Assembly: GCF_006345805.1 (NCBI RefSeq)
Contig: NW_021832127.1
Location: 62,001-126,000 of the forward strand
Direction of reading: 5' to 3'
Source: Octopus sinensis
Taxonomy: Eukaryota
Length of the DNA stretch: 64,000 nucleotides
Shown: piece after piece, positions 28,815-42,971 of the stretch
How positions within the stretch are numbered: the first letter of the stretch is position 1
How the letters are laid out: each line of letters starts with the position of its first letter
Notes under the pieces: generated by a model
The model's input: only the letters and a program-made list of their open reading frames with translations
What the model was told of the DNA's origin: nothing
Database searches by the model: none
Translations under genes and position numbers: made by a program

Positions 28815-30245
28815 CAGGGGTCGGCAAAAGCAGGCTCGCGAGCCTTTGAAGGCTCTTTAACTCTTACGGTAGGCTCTTTCAATTTTTAACTATTTTTTTT
28901 GTTTTGTTAATAACAAAAAATCTTTGCACGTTTAACATTAATTTTTTGTGGTACATCGATATATGCCTAGCAATAAAAAAATTAATAAAAAAATCGATAA
29001 TGCGCGACATTTTCAATCAAAATGGACTGAGACTTTTGCATTCACGTCTAATTCAGAACAACTACCGAAATGTCTCATTTGCCAGGAAACTTTGAATCAA
29101 AATAAAGGGGTTAGGAATCTGTAGAAGAACTTGCAAAGAATAATCAGATTGAGAATTCCGCTTTTAAATATTGGTATCACAATGCCAGGACTGCAAATAT
29201 TGCCAGTTTTTTGATAAGCCACGAGGCAAGGGGAAAACCATTTACCGATGGCGAATTTATAAAGGCATGTTTCATTAAAACCTCTGAAGAACTTTTTCAC
29301 GATTTTTCAAATAAGGCAGAAATCGTGAATACAACAAAGTTCGCTGGCTTTCGAGAGGGAACGTTTTCAATCGGTTTGCTTATTGTATGCAAGAAGTCAA
29401 ACTTTTTTTCAATGAGAAAAAAATTCATAATGACGAATTAAGTGATGACCGATGGCTGCAGAAATTCTATTTTATGGTTGACATAACATCAGAATTAAAC
29501 AAACTTAATTCAAAATTGCAAAGGAGTGGAAATATTAAATTTTTCATGTATGAGGAAGTGATATTATTTGAAAAAAAATTAATTTTGTTGGAAGAGGATA
29601 TAGAACAAATTATTTTACTTTTCTTAGTCTGTATCTTTTTTTCTTGTCGACATCTTTAAAATATGTTGGATCGCGATCAGAATTAATATAATCCTTAATT
29701 TGTTCTATTTCTTGCAAAAAAAGCTTCACTAAAAACCATGCGGCAATTTGAAATAATTATTTTTTTTATTAGTTATAATATTATCTATTAACTTAAAATA
29801 ATTCGATTGTCATCTATTTCATAAAAATTACATTTTTATTTTAATAAAAAGTTGTCGGTCCACTCAACGGCGTGGTCCATTCAGCGGACGGTGACACAAA
29901 ATTACAGATTCGAATTTGGAATCTAACCTCAGATTAAAATTAACGACTTACGACCCAGACATTAACTAACTCTCCAAAGAAATGAGGAATCACATTTCTC
30001 ATTAATGCGTCTAATTAATTTAATTTTTTAAAATGAATTCTTAATTATTTTTTAAATTAATGTCTATTTAATTTTATGAATTTAAATTTTTGACAAGTGG
30101 TAAAAATTCATAAATTTAAATTAATGTCTATTTAATTTTATGAATTTAAATTTTTGACAAGTGGTAAAAGGTGACTCTTCAATTTTTCGAAATTTCCAAA
30201 AATGTTCAAAATTGGCTCTTCTCCAAAAGTATTTGCCGACCCCTG
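28815..30245 (+). mobile_element. Internally deleted hAT (GTF2IRD2/SPIN-like)
   Basis: TIR CAGGGGTCGGCAAA / TTTGCCGACCCCTG; perfect TSD ATTTAGGA; PKCLICQETL, GKPFTDGEFIK, FMVDITSELNKLN remnants; internal ~58-bp tandem duplication at 30052-30169. Confidence 0.92.
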
Positions 30246-30416
30246 ATTTAGGAGATCCAACCAGCGACATCGATTGCAGGAAAAGAAATCATAATTAGAT
30301 AATAAAATTAATTTTATTTGTCTGGTATAATAAAAATCCTGTGTATTAAACGATTTCAATCTTAAAAACCAATAAATGTTTGTTTACCAATAGTCTGAAA
30401 GGAAATGTCTTATAAC

Positions 30417-31446
30417 TAGGGCAAACGAAAGTCAACAAGGTCAACTTGAGTTTTTTGTTTAATTATAGTGTTAAAATGATATTAGTCAAATTATTTCGAT
30501 AAAAAAATGTATATATAAAAAGTTATAAAAGCAACAAAGTCAATTTTCTACTCTTATCGTCAACTTTTATTTTATTGAGGTCATTCGCAAACTCAATGTT
30601 GATAGGAAAAATTTTTATTTACTTATTTCTGATGCTGCTTCATATATGGTTTCTTCTGGAAAAGTATTAAAGCAATTATATTCAAATCTATTTCATGTCA
30701 CTTGTGTGGCGCATTTATTACATAATTGTGCCTTCAGAATTGCGCCAAAGCACTTGTTGTCAAAAATAATTCACGACGTCAATTATTTACAGAAATTGGA
30801 TATCCACCCGAGCCCATTGTAACTAGATGGGGTAGTTGGTTAAATGCTGCTGACTATTATGCAAAAATTTAACACAAATCATCAATATTTGTAATGGTAT
30901 AGAAGAGGAATCTTTATTGATACAAAGAGCAAAGGAATCCGTTATGAATGAATTTCTTCATACGAATTTAGAAGAAATAAGCCGGGAATATCATTTATTA
31001 ACAGATATTTTAATGGAAATTGATTCTAATAAATTCACTATTTCAAGAGAGTATCATTTTTTGAAATGTTGATTTTAAAGAAGATTCCTGCAAAATTTGA
31101 GACTACATAAGCTTACGAATTTCAAGAAACGACATTTTCAAAATAATGGAGTTATCTAAGCTACCAATTACTCCATTTCACCACGCATTATTATTGGATT
31201 GCCCGGCAACATCGTGTGAAGTAGAAAGATCATTTTCTATTCTTCACAAAATTTTAACCAAAGATAGAAATTTCCTACCTGAAAATGTTAAATACTATTT
31301 AATGTTGTGCTTTAAAAAATAAATTTCTGTTTCTTAGGGCAACTTTTTATGCATATTATGTCAACTTTGTTTATTTTTTAAAGCAATTTAGTTGACTTTT
31401 AAGGTCAATTTTTTACATTTTTAAGAGCAACTTTCCGGTTGCCCTA
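30417..31446 (+). mobile_element. Internally deleted hAT with TAGGG termini
   Basis: TIR TAGGGCAAACG / CGGTTGCCCTA; perfect TSD CTTATAAC; remnants SDAASYM, HVTCVAHLLHN, TRWGSWL, TSCEVERSFS. Confidence 0.9.
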
Positions 31447-31570
31447 CTTATAACTGACATGACCTGCTAAGATACTTTCTAGAAGACAAATCTGTAACTT
31501 TGATTTGTGTCCCTATACACTTGAAAGGGTGGAATTTTACTACTTCCATTAAGACCAAAATTCCAATTTA

Positions 31571-31663
31571 GGCTTCTCCAGTTGATCTCTGTTGCTATCG
31601 TGAGAGGCAACGCAACGTCAATTATGTTGGCGGGGTCCACTTCGAATAGATGGCTTTGTTAAC
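31571..31663 (+). mobile_element. Short CRE-like 3' end
   Basis: ISVAIVRGNATSI; reverse-complement match to 15514-15606. Confidence 0.7.
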
Positions 31664-33009
31664 CTCTAGTAAATACAGTTTTCTAAATTTTTGATATAAA
31701 TATCTATGTTAAATCCAAATTTTTAATTCATAAATAAAAGTTTTGTACATTTTTAACCCGGAGTATGAAATATGGATCTAATAATTTTTCTCGATTTAAA
31801 ATTTTTTATTTAATAAGACGACCATGGAAATGCTCGTTAACATATTTTTGATTTTTTCTAATTGAGTATAATCCGTTTCATTTTAGCCGTTCTAATTGTT
31901 CTTTTTTATAGCATACAAATTCCCAATGTTTATAATATATTGCGTAGTTCGCGTCTTATAGAACAATCCTTAATTCTTTTTATGAAACTTTAGAACATTT
32001 AAAAATGAATAAAGTACTAAGCAGACACGTTTTAACATGAATTTTTTAAATTACGGTCTAATAAATTAATCATGAGATCATATGACGCCACTAATGTTTC
32101 ATTAGATAGAGAAAAAGTATAATCAGCGAGGGTTAAATATTTAGTGATAGTCCTTTGGGAACTTTGTCGAAAGTCTACACAATAATCACAAGTAAGAAAC
32201 TAAATGAGTGAATTGGTTAATGTCCATTTTATAGCTCGACATTCCAGATTCATATAATTTGTTGTTTTCATTGATAATGTTCATGGTACGCTTAAAATGC
32301 AGATTCTAAATGGCTCTGGTTGTGTGATCTCTAATATACTAAAAGTATATACAATACTGAAGTTGACAACATAGTTGTTCCATTCTGTGAGGATGTCTTC
32401 AATGATTTCATATTGGAGATCAGTCAGTAAAATTATTTTGTAAAAGATAAATGCAAAAATAAACCACATTAACAAGTTTTTTTAAGTTCAAATTGAATGT
32501 TTGTAAAATTTTATGAGAATTTCGTCGCATTATTTATTATTAGACAACTGACTAGTCATTATATTGTATTTATATAGATTTCTACTTCCACATACTTGAA
32601 TAACTGTTATTTGATAATTCCACTACATGCATTTGTTATAACTATAAATGGATTTTTATTTTGTCGACTTTTTCGTTGTCTATTGTTGACAGTGATATAT
32701 TTGGATGTATCTCAAAACAAAATGCATCTCAAAATGAAGTCTAAGGTAGTCACTGTGAAGTCATTGCTGATTATTCGATAATACTAATTGCTAAATAGTA
32801 AACTTGCGTTCCGACTTCGAGAGGATTTGAGCACATATCTGCTAATGTAATAGTTCAATGTCTATTAAAAGATATTTGAAACGGTATTTAAAATTATGTG
32901 CATTCAATAGCTTAGCTTTAATTGATTTTAAATAATAATATTAAAAATTATTTCGTTTAATTAAAACAATTATAAATTCAAATAAAATCTATTTAACGTG
33001 CTTTTGTAT

Positions 33010-33524
33010 ATGGTTGTGATTGCTATTTATTATACACATATAATATCAAATGACTTTTCAAGGGAAGAGTAAGGAATTTTACTATCAAATCTACTGCCAA
33101 GAAAACAATCGAAATGTACTATGCCCGTCTTTCCACTGACTTTCAAATCAATAAGATGGTGGCCAACGACGTCATTGTTACCACCAGCAAAAGAATGAGG
33201 AATCAAATTGCTGGTTATATTACACACCTCATGCGACGAATTGAAAAGGGGCCAGTGCGTGGGATATCCCTTAAACTACAGGAAGAGGAGCGTGAAAGAC
33301 GGGACAACTATGTTCCCACTGTATTTCCCTCTCTTTTAAACTAAAGGTTTCGGAGTTGGAAATTGACGTGATTCCCACTGGCGACACCAAGTCGATGCTT
33401 GACAATCTCGTTTTTTTATTTGTGAAATATATTTTAGGGACTCACTCTTCCTCTTCTCTTCGTTCGATCTAGCATTCATATTCTTTTAATTGTTATTGAA
33501 ATTCGATTACCAGTTTTACTTTGA
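33010..33524 (+). CDS. RPS17: 40S ribosomal protein S17 (eS17), 4 exons
   Basis: ATG-only first exon, introns 33013-33062, 33321-33346, 33410-33437; [10 protein letters not shown]...[40 protein letters not shown]; last exon less certain. Confidence 0.93.
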
Positions 33525-34065
33525 TTTCGTACTTTAGCTTTTTTAGAATGACATTTTCATTTGTTAACTATTGTAAATTGATAACCTCCTAAATTAATAC
33601 ACTTGAATCTTGATTTGAGGCACAATGCGTTCTATTAGGGTTAGTCAAAAATTAACAGCAATATACAACTTTAATAAAAAAAGGCATTTGAAAATGTGCC
33701 GGAGTATACAACATTATAGAAAAGAGACCTCCTCAATGGAAAGGGAATCTAATTGGAAAATTATACTTTTTTGATTATTTTGTCAAGAAAATATTATAAA
33801 TAAAGATCAAATGTAAATCTAATTAGGAGATTGACTGACTCGTCGGTAAATGGGTCGACTTAGTTATAATTGCAACTGATATAGCAAAAAATTATTTAAA
33901 GCAAACACAAGTAGTAATTATTAAAGGATGGACTTTTTATGAGACACTTGTTTGGCTTCTTCGCATTTTTGATCGTACTCTAATCATTTTACTTTAACTA
34001 AAAAGCTTCTTTTCTTTTTTAATAAATTCTCAAAGCAGTTCGTCGAACTGTTCTTTGACTTAGTC

Positions 34066-36221
34066 CAGTGGTTCTCAAACTGGGGTACGCGTACCCCTAG
34101 GGGTACGCGAAATTCTGTAGGGGGTACGCGAAAATTTTTGAAAATCTATTTAATTTTCGTTTCAACATAAAAAAGTTATTAATTCTAATTATAATAAAAA
34201 TCATAATTAAATTAAATAATTAATAATAAATAAATCTCCACGCTACTAGTTTTTCTTATGAGTTTACCTGTTAACAAGATTCGAAAATACAACGATAGTT
34301 ATCTCAACTATGGATTTTTATTTTGTGATTAAAACGGTGTGCCACATCCGCAGTGTATTATTTGCCAAAAGATTCTTTGCCCTGAATCCATGAAACCTTC
34401 ATTACTTTCTCGGCATCAAGTTTCTAATCATTTCGAAACTATCGGAAAACCAAATGACTTTTTTAAGAACAAAAAAGATAATATTCGGAAAATAGACGAT
34501 TCTTTCAATTTTGACATTAATTTTTTACTATCAAATCTCTTACATGATTTCATATCGGATCGCAAAAGCCAAAAAACCACATACAATTGCCGAGAATCTT
34601 ATTATACCGTGCATTAAGGACATGTTTGAATGTTTCCCTGGCAATAAATTGGAGCATATTGTTCGAAAAATTCCATGTTCAAATGATACCGTCAATAGAA
34701 GAATACGAGATCTATCCGAAAACATAAAGAACAAGTTATTTTCTGGTTAATTATTATTAGGTCATTACTGAAATAAAAAGTGCTGCCTTTAAAAAAAAAT
34801 TTTCAATTCAATGGATGAATCAACAGATGTAGCAAATTGCTCTCAGTTACTCGTTTATGTGCGATATATTTATATGGAAAATATTAAGGAAGAATTTTTG
34901 TTCAACTATTCCTTACCTTTAACACAAAAGGTTCTGATATTTCGATGCAGTTAATTGTTTTTTTGAAACAGAAGGTACATTTTTGATTTTTTACTTATGA
35001 TAGGCCTATTGTGGCAAAATCTTAGTGCATGCACCACAGATGGAGCACCAGCTATGCTTGGATGTAACTCTGGTTTCCGAGGTAGAGTACAATCTGTCAA
35101 TCCAAATGTAAAACATCTTCACTGTATGTTGCATCGTTATGTTCTTGCTGTGAAGACAATGCCTCTTGAACTTAAAAATGTTCTTGACGATGTTATTAAA
35201 ATTGTCAATCATATCAAAAAAAGTCCTTTAAATTCGCGAATTTTTTATTCAATTTGTGAAGAATTTGGTTCAGATGAGAAGGTTTTACTATATCACACAG
35301 AAGTTCGATGGTTATCCAAAGGAAATGTTCTTTCCAGAGTGCACAGTTTGAAGAATGAAATTTATGAATATTTTCTTCGCGAAAATAAAAATTTATATTT
35401 ATCAAAGTTATCAAATATGTATTGGGGTGTAATGCTATCTTATTTAACGGACATTTTTTCGCGAATTAATGCTTTGAATTTATCGGTACAAACTAAGGGA
35501 GTTACCATTGTTGACTTTTTAGAAAAAACAAGGTTTTTTACGAAATAATGCAATATTGTAGGTCTTTTCGTATGAAGCTCCAACTGTGGATAGATAATAC
35601 AACAAATTCTAATTTTACTATGTTTGATAAGTTGAATGAAAACATTTTCCATCTAAAATTAAATGAAATAGAAAATTTAAAAACATCAAAACTTCCCATT
35701 TACTTGGATTGAAGAATGAAATTGAAAAATATATACCTGAAATTAATGAAGTAGATCTTAAGTTTTTTGTCAATCCTTTTTCCGTAAAAGTTAATGTTTT
35801 GCCTTCAAATATTCAAGAAGAAGTTATTGAATTAATAAATTCTTACGAGTCAAAAATCTTATTTGAATCTGCACCATTAATTGAATTTTGGTGTAAAATG
35901 ACATCAAAATATCACAATATTGGATTTTATATAATCGATTTTTTGCTTTTGTTTCCGACTACATATCTCTGCGAACAAGGATTTTCATCGTTGTTTAATT
36001 TAAAATCAGTTCATCGTGCGAGGCTGAATGTTGTTCATGATATTCGGGTGTGTCTTTCGTCAAAGGATCCAGAAATCGATAGATTAGTGATTGATAAACA
36101 ACACCATCCATCTCATTAATTAAATATTTTTTTTCCTTAATTTTTAAAAATCGATAAGGGGTACGCGAAAATTATTTAGATGGCAAGGGGTACGCAAGGA
36201 AAAAAAGTTTGAGAACCACTG
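34066..36221 (+). mobile_element. Near full-length Buster/ZBED5-type hAT with intron-containing transposase (degenerate)
   Basis: TIR CAGTGGTTCTCAAAC / GTTTGAGAACCACTG; CTTAGTC duplicated; KPHTIAE, DESTDVAN, CTTDGAPAM, HCMLHR, HTEVRWLSKG, FPTTYLCEQGFS, KQHHPSH; introns 34735-34760, 34975-35003, 35533-35561. Confidence 0.93.
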
Positions 36222-36937
36222 CTTAGTCATGGTGAGTCAACTCTTTTTCTGAAAGGTAATTTCGATGCTATCTACTTGTCTTGTTAAACAAGTTGACGAT
36301 GCTTTCACCATTAGCAGAGATTATTTAGGTGAAGTTCAGAAAAGCAATACGCAAATGATTATTTAGATTGAAAACCCCACTGTTGATCACAAAGAAATTT
36401 TGTATTCTTTATGTGAATAGCCATTTCATTGTAAATAATTATAGGAAAAACTTTGTTTAATTAATAATGCGATCTAATTTCAATCTCTAAACGGCGGCAA
36501 ATGCAAACTCGTCAATACTTCTCTTGCCCCCGCCGATCTCTGCCACATATTCTCTTTTCTCTGCAACCTGATCGTTTGGTTAGGCTTACGGGAGCCAGCG
36601 ATCTATACTATTTTCCATATTAAATGGCATTAAAACCAAACTAAATAGAATCAATAGAAACTAGCAAAAACTAACTGGGACTAACAATAAACTAATTGGG
36701 ATTAATAACGAACTAAATGAAAGCAATAAAAGATTACGCTTATTATAAATATTATATTTCGAACCGGGATATAAAAATGCCACGTAAATCATTTGAAGAA
36801 AAATTCAAATGCATAGAAACAAAATACATTTAATTTCAGCTGGAGAATGAGTAGGGATTGGAAATTCATTATATTGTATCGTTTGATAAAGGATTGAGTT
36901 AAACCTGACATGAAAGGTGGAAATTATAGATAAAAGT

Positions 36938-38783
36938 TGTCACCGGTTTTATAGCCCACCGGGTTGGATAACCCACCATCGAAAAAACTATCAAAAAAAT
37001 ATAAATTAATCTAAAATCATCAGAAAATATAATTAACTTTGATTTTCTTCTTTTTATTAGTTTTATATTTCTGCTTGTTGCATAATCACACATCATTCAT
37101 TTGTGCTTTACATTTTTAAAATAAATAAAATTTTATTTATTTAATGGGATAAAAAATAAGAATTAATTCATTTAAAAAAATCAAAATTTTAATCAAATTT
37201 TTTTTAATCTACTAAAATGGACGTTTGATAGTGATTCTCCATTATCTTTATTAATAGTACACGTAGTTTCAAATTTTTCTGAAATTGTGTACTTATTTAT
37301 ATCCAGTTCGTCATATAATGGGTATCTCCGGTTACCAGGGTTATCATCCCTGTCGTGTTTCAGCAGCACTGTATCTCCAATTTCAATGTCTTCTGCGTCA
37401 TATTTCCACTTACGACGTTTTTTCATTTTCTCTCCAGCTTTAACAAGGTTTTCATGCACTTCTTCCTCAGTTCTTTTATCGTCATTTTCAAAATAATTCG
37501 AATTTGACTCATCACTTTGTTCTGCATTTGTTCCGTCGAACATTAACAATGCATTTATTTGATCTTCTGTTCTCTCCGAATCTTTTTATCCCCCATAAAA
37601 AATTTGAAGGACGCCCATTTGGTAGTTTCATGTTGTGTGGAGTTATATTTGTATACAATTTCCTGATAAAAATCCTTGAATTTCCCTAGCATTCCGTTTT
37701 ATGCACTTGTAGAGCTAATCCATCTTTTAATTGATTGATTAAACCTACAAATAAATTGACTATAAGAAACCTCTCCACTTGCCCTGAACCCAGGGTGCTC
37801 TAGGTCGTCCACATATATGAGTGATGTTTATTTCGGAGCACATTATTTCCATGCATTTATTCTTGAACTCTTTCCCGTTGTCTGTCTGCAAGATAAACGG
37901 GGGTCGGATTGAGAAGAAAATCTTTTTTAACCTTTCTTGTTATTTCTTCGGCTGATTTCGTTTTTGCGAGTTTTACCACTGCAAATTTGGAAAAAGAGTC
38001 GATTACAACAACCAACTATGACTTATTCAAAAAAAGACCCATCCATAATTGCTGTTAAGGTTTGAATATCTCCTCAGATCCACTAAATCTGCAATATATA
38101 CCGATCTCTAGGTCCTCTTGCAATTATGGGGGTGATAGTTGGTTTTGTTGCCATGAAATTTTTCGACTAACACTGATTAACAACATTACTTGGCAATAGA
38201 CACATTTTCCTATCACACTACAAATTTCTTCCCTTGTTACTGAATATATTTAGTCTCTTAGTAACGATAGCATTCTGTCTCTACCAAAATGAGTATTCAT
38301 ATGCACGATCTTCAATTGTTTTGAAATAGATACCTCAATAATTTTTAACTTTAGCTCACTTTCTTCTAGAGTAAAAAAACGCAGTTTTTTATTTCCGACT
38401 TTTATATACGTTTTTTCAGGAACTTTGAAGCAAAAACGATTTTTAAGCGTCCTGAGCCTTCTCCTTTTCTCTTTATCGTATATAGTAGTGGTGTCATCAA
38501 AATTTTTTATTTCATTAAGTTGGTTTGTCGTTAATTTCAAAAGAACCATATTCTAATTGAACTTTATTGAACAACCCTACTTATTTTCACAGTTTTTTAA
38601 ACTTTATTAATAAAAAGTTATAGTTTTCACGCTAAAATATTTAAATAAAAAAGAACAATAAATTATTAAAATAATTAAGAAAATCATTTTTTCCAATGAA
38701 ATTAAATATAGGAAAAATATTATTATTATAAAATATGGCAGTAGGTGGGTTATCCAACCCAGTGGGCTATAAAACCGGTGACA
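36938..38783 (-). mobile_element. Ginger2/TDD-like DNA transposon with Gypsy-type integrase remnant
   Basis: 40-bp TIR TGTCACCGGTTTTATAGCCCAC(C/T)GGGTTGGATAACCCACC; 4-bp TSD AAGT; THFGRDRM...CVYCQ, ARGPRDRYIADLVD, VIDSFSKF, ILQTDNGKEF, RAPWVQGQVER. Confidence 0.88.
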
Positions 38784-38929
38784 AAGTTTAACAAGGAACA
38801 TACCGACTTTTAATATCATGCATCGAAGACAGTAATACAATTACCCTTGATGGAATAAAAATATTGCACGAAAAGAATAGAATATACATATAATTGGATG
38901 CATTTTAAATCTATGCCTCATTTACTATG

Positions 38930-39345
38930 AAATCCGAAGGGGCAGTTTTTCCCATTCTGGAATGGCAATTTGCCTGATCTGGGACGCCACGTGTGCAGAC
39001 ACGTGGTCCCCATCCGATCTATTGTCATCTGCTTCTTCTTCCGGCTCGGCCGCGGCTCTGGCGGAAGCCCGCAAAGTAGAAAAGTACAAAAATCTTGCCA
39101 CTCGGCATTCCTTCGTTCCTGTGGCTTTGGAGACATCAGGTGCTTCTAGTCCGCTGACCTCATGCTTCTTAAAAGAACTGGATATCCTCATTGCTCGGAA
39201 GAAGACGGATGCTCTCGAGTCCACTTGGTTGAGGCAGAGGATCTCGCTCGCAATCGTGCGCGGGAACGCGTAAGCAATCCGTTCGGCCGGGCTATAACCC
39301 CTGAGTAAATCTTTAATTTTAATTGATCTTAATTAATGTTATTAA
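38930..39345 (+). mobile_element. CRE-like RLE 3' fragment
   Basis: LIWDATCADT...AEARKVEKY...FVPVALETSG...WLRQRISLAIVRGNA*. Confidence 0.8.
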
Positions 39346-41697
39346 AATAAACAATTCGAGTTTTTAGAGAATATTATATCAAACATCCATTTCGATAATA
39401 TTGGATAATATATTGATTGGTTATGCAACGTCGGTGTAATAAAAAGGCGGGAATAATACGCACTTCAATTCAAGTAGTGCTGTAAGTATCTTTAAACAAT
39501 CCCAATTATTTGTTGTATTTATCCTTCTAAACCGTCATGGTAAACAAACAAGATGCTTCCACAGATATGCCTGTTTCATTAGTTTCCCCATCGAATATAT
39601 ATAATCAATACGATCTGCTAATTGAGTTAATTACAAACACTGATAAATAAAAATACACCAAAATTACAAAAAATTAAACAACTAAACTTAATCAGTCTCG
39701 ACAGACATGCAGCTGCAGCACAACAAAGAAAGAAACTTGAAGAGGACCAGATGGTGCCACTTCTATTTGACTATTCAAGATAAAAACACTCAATAAAATT
39801 AAGGGAAAAACTTGTCTTTCCAAGAACCGACCCACATCAACCAGCAAAATGGTTTTCAGCAGCAGCACTCCCTGTTCGACAAAGCCACATCTCGCCCTCT
39901 ACAGCCAAGACTGCAGAGTTATATTTCCGAGTGCATGATGTAGGCACTACTAAGGACCACAATCTTATGAAATCCATCAGCCCTGTTATTCGGAATAATG
40001 TTGACAAATCCGATTGTCATTTTGTGCAATCTAAGAGTGAGTGTGTAAATTAAACAAGGCGATTCATCAATAAGCGAGGACGAATTACCTCAGCACGACA
40101 CTGTGGAAGCCTTGTCGAACAAGACAGATTCGGGAGTGGAGGCCGGGTTGAATAAGGAAGAGACTAATGCACAATATGAGGAGATTGGGGAGGCGGTCTA
40201 TAAAACCAGCGTCCTTGAATTGGAGAGACAGGAAAGAAGGAGGGTAATTTAGCACTTGATTTCAGAGGGTTGGAGACGTGATGGCTAAAATTCGAAAATC
40301 TGCCAAAGACCTACCAATCGAGAGGTAGGAAGAAATTAGTTTCTCTACAAATCAAACATAGTTATTATTGTTAGAGTTTTCATAATGTGCTGATTTAATA
40401 CTTTTGTTGCTCACAATTTGTATCGTCCAGTTGCAATAGTTGACTAGAGAGAGATCGATTCCTGAAAAATAAGTTAATCGGCAAAGTAATCTCTATTCTA
40501 TTGGTAGTAATGCGTATTTATTTAAATGACAAAATGGATTTAACAAATCAGTCCTCTCACTGAGCTCTATCCTTCCAATACTAAACACATCAGACCAGCA
40601 GTAGCAAACTTTCTTATCATCCGATGACAACTTACTGAACTCAGCCAGCAACTGAGCACGCACATGCACAACTATCTCCACGACTATCGTCTCTACAAAG
40701 CACTCATCAATCAAAACAATCTGCTCCATAAACTGAAGGTGCTCAAAGTCACACTCCTTTAGAACTTGCAATCCACGTGCAGTCCGTGCCCCCTGCCTTG
40801 TCATGACAGTAATGCGTGTTTAATCGACGACAGTCTGCCAAGTCCGCTCAAAGTATAGGCCCTGTGAAGTGCAGGAACCGTGCACCCCTGCCTGTGATTG
40901 TGACCAACCCGTGATTTGTGAGCACGTGGAGGTTCAACAGCCCAATGATCGGAATTTGGATAAGCACGGTGGATATGAAAAGTATATTTGAGATTATTTC
41001 GAAATGATGATGATGGAGAACACCCAAATGAATCAAATGATGATGCAGCGAATAATGATGGGGACTAACAATGTATTCATATGGGGACTAACTTGCCAAC
41101 AGAACAACCAACACTGTAGAGGGCATTCCAATTGCCATGATGTCATCACGTCTACCATGATAATCCTCTCAATTCGTGAAACAGAAACTTATTTTATAAT
41201 ATGTCACGGTCCACGAGTGTGCCTATGCCGTAGGTGTGCCTCCATCGCAATTTTTTTCCGTTTTTTTTTGTAAATCGGTGCATCTATATCGATTAGTCCT
41301 AAATCATTATTTATTTAGTTTTTTGTTACTTATTGGAAATATTCCAATGTCGGTGATTACAGCAACAATAAAATACTGAAAGTATCACAATTTAAATATT
41401 TATATATTTCCTGATTTTATAAAATATGTTTTTAATAACTAATATATATAAAAAATTGAGTAAAAATTTTTTAATTAAAAAAAATTTATAAGGATGGATT
41501 GACCCTAACTCTAACCCTAAGGATGCATTAACTCTAAAACCTAATCATTTAAAATTACAAAAGAATGTTTTTATAATTATTTTAATGTGAAAAATGTTTT
41601 TTTACCAAAATCCCCTCATCATTCTCAACTTCATAGTTGTCGCCATTCTGTTTCACAACTTTTGTCGCATGATAAAATTGCAACTTTATCCCAAAAG

Positions 41698-41815
41698 CTA
41701 ACCTAACTTCAACCTTATCCCTAACCCTAACCACAACCTTATCCCTATCCCTAACCACAACCTTATCCCTATCCCTAACCTTATCCCTAACCCAACCTTA
41801 TCACTAACCCTAACC
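41698..41815 (+). repeat. Degenerate telomere-like array (CCCTAA / CCCTAT / CCTTAT), continuing at 42980-43007 after the Merlin
   Basis: Directly visible; shorter variant also at about 41503-41545. Confidence 0.88.
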
Positions 41816-41821
41816 TTTTCC

Positions 41822-42971
41822 GGTACTTTTGTCGAAGTGGTCGCAGTTTTTTAGGCCTTTTAAAAAATCTAATAATTTTTGAGGTGGAATATATTATATT
41901 TTATTTAAGTCGCTCTATCAATAATTTAAAATATTATTAAATTTTTTACTAATTTATTTCTAATTTTTTAATATTATGGCGAGCATGTACCTAATATTGA
42001 TATAAACTGGCACTATAGGTCACATGGAAAATTCTGTTGTGGACTTATGCAACATCAAATTCCGACAGCTCCCAATAAGTAAGGAGGATGCAGTGCATTT
42101 TCTGCAAAATGTGGATATCCTTTCAAAATCACGTATATGTCCGAAGGGACATCAGATGGAATTAGTCTTGGGACCGAAGCTCAATTGGAAATGCTCAAGA
42201 GTTGGTTGTAGAGTCCAATGTTCTATTAAAAAAGGTATAATTTCTCTCTCAAATAATTCTAGATACCTGGTTAGAGATTGTAGATTGCCATTTGAGGATG
42301 TCATCGCCTACATATACTTATGGAGTTACGATAGGCTACCTTCAAATGGCTTCATCACGAATACAATTGGGGTGAACATACATATGTCGATTGGGCTATG
42401 TTTTTACGTGAAGTCTGTGTGGACGCACTTGTTAAAAGATCTGACGGCAAAATTGGTATTATTAATGTTTATTTCAGGTGGTCCTGGTATGATTGTGGAG
42501 GTAGACGAGAGTATGTTTTCCAAACGGAAAACACTCTGGAAGAGTTTTACCAAAACAGTGGGTCTTCGGTGGTATTTGTCGAGCCACCAAACAGTGTTTT
42601 TCTGCAACCAGTCGCGGATAGGAGCAGAGAAACACTGCTCAGTCTAGTAATTCGATATGTCGAGTGGGAAGCATTATTTATAGTGACTGCTGGAAAGGTT
42701 AGCATTATTGATTAACATTTAGGGTATTCAACTGATCAATTGGTTGAAAACGGCTACACACACGAAACCGTTAACCATAAGTAAGGAAATATAATATATT
42801 CAGAAAATTCTTTGTGGATCCAACGACGGGAGTGCACACCCAGACAGTAGAACGAATGTGGGGAAGTGCAAAATGCAAGAATAAAGCTCAAAGAGGAGCT
42901 GTAAGACATCATCTGGGATCTTATTTCGCAGGTTTTTTTAGTTAGTTATTTTTTCAGACGACAAAAGTACC
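41822..42971 (+). mobile_element. Merlin (IS1595/ISXO2-like) DNA transposon, 1150 bp
   Basis: 13-bp TIR GGTACTTTTGTCG / CGACAAAAGTACC; 8-bp TSD CCTTTTCC at 41814-41821 and 42972-42979; DDE motifs IVEVDES, YSDCWKGY, HTQTVERMW; micro-introns 42456-42477, 42698-42722, 42781-42803; frameshifts. Confidence 0.93.

Noticed and set aside
40460-41180. GC-richer, Cys/Gln-rich degenerate region
   Set aside because: All frames are broken and no domain, TIR or TSD could be identified
42024-42930. Bacterial IS1595 (and IS630 at 61839) indicating contamination
   Set aside because: The Merlin transposase contains spliceosomal micro-introns and both elements are nested among host-type repeats and genes
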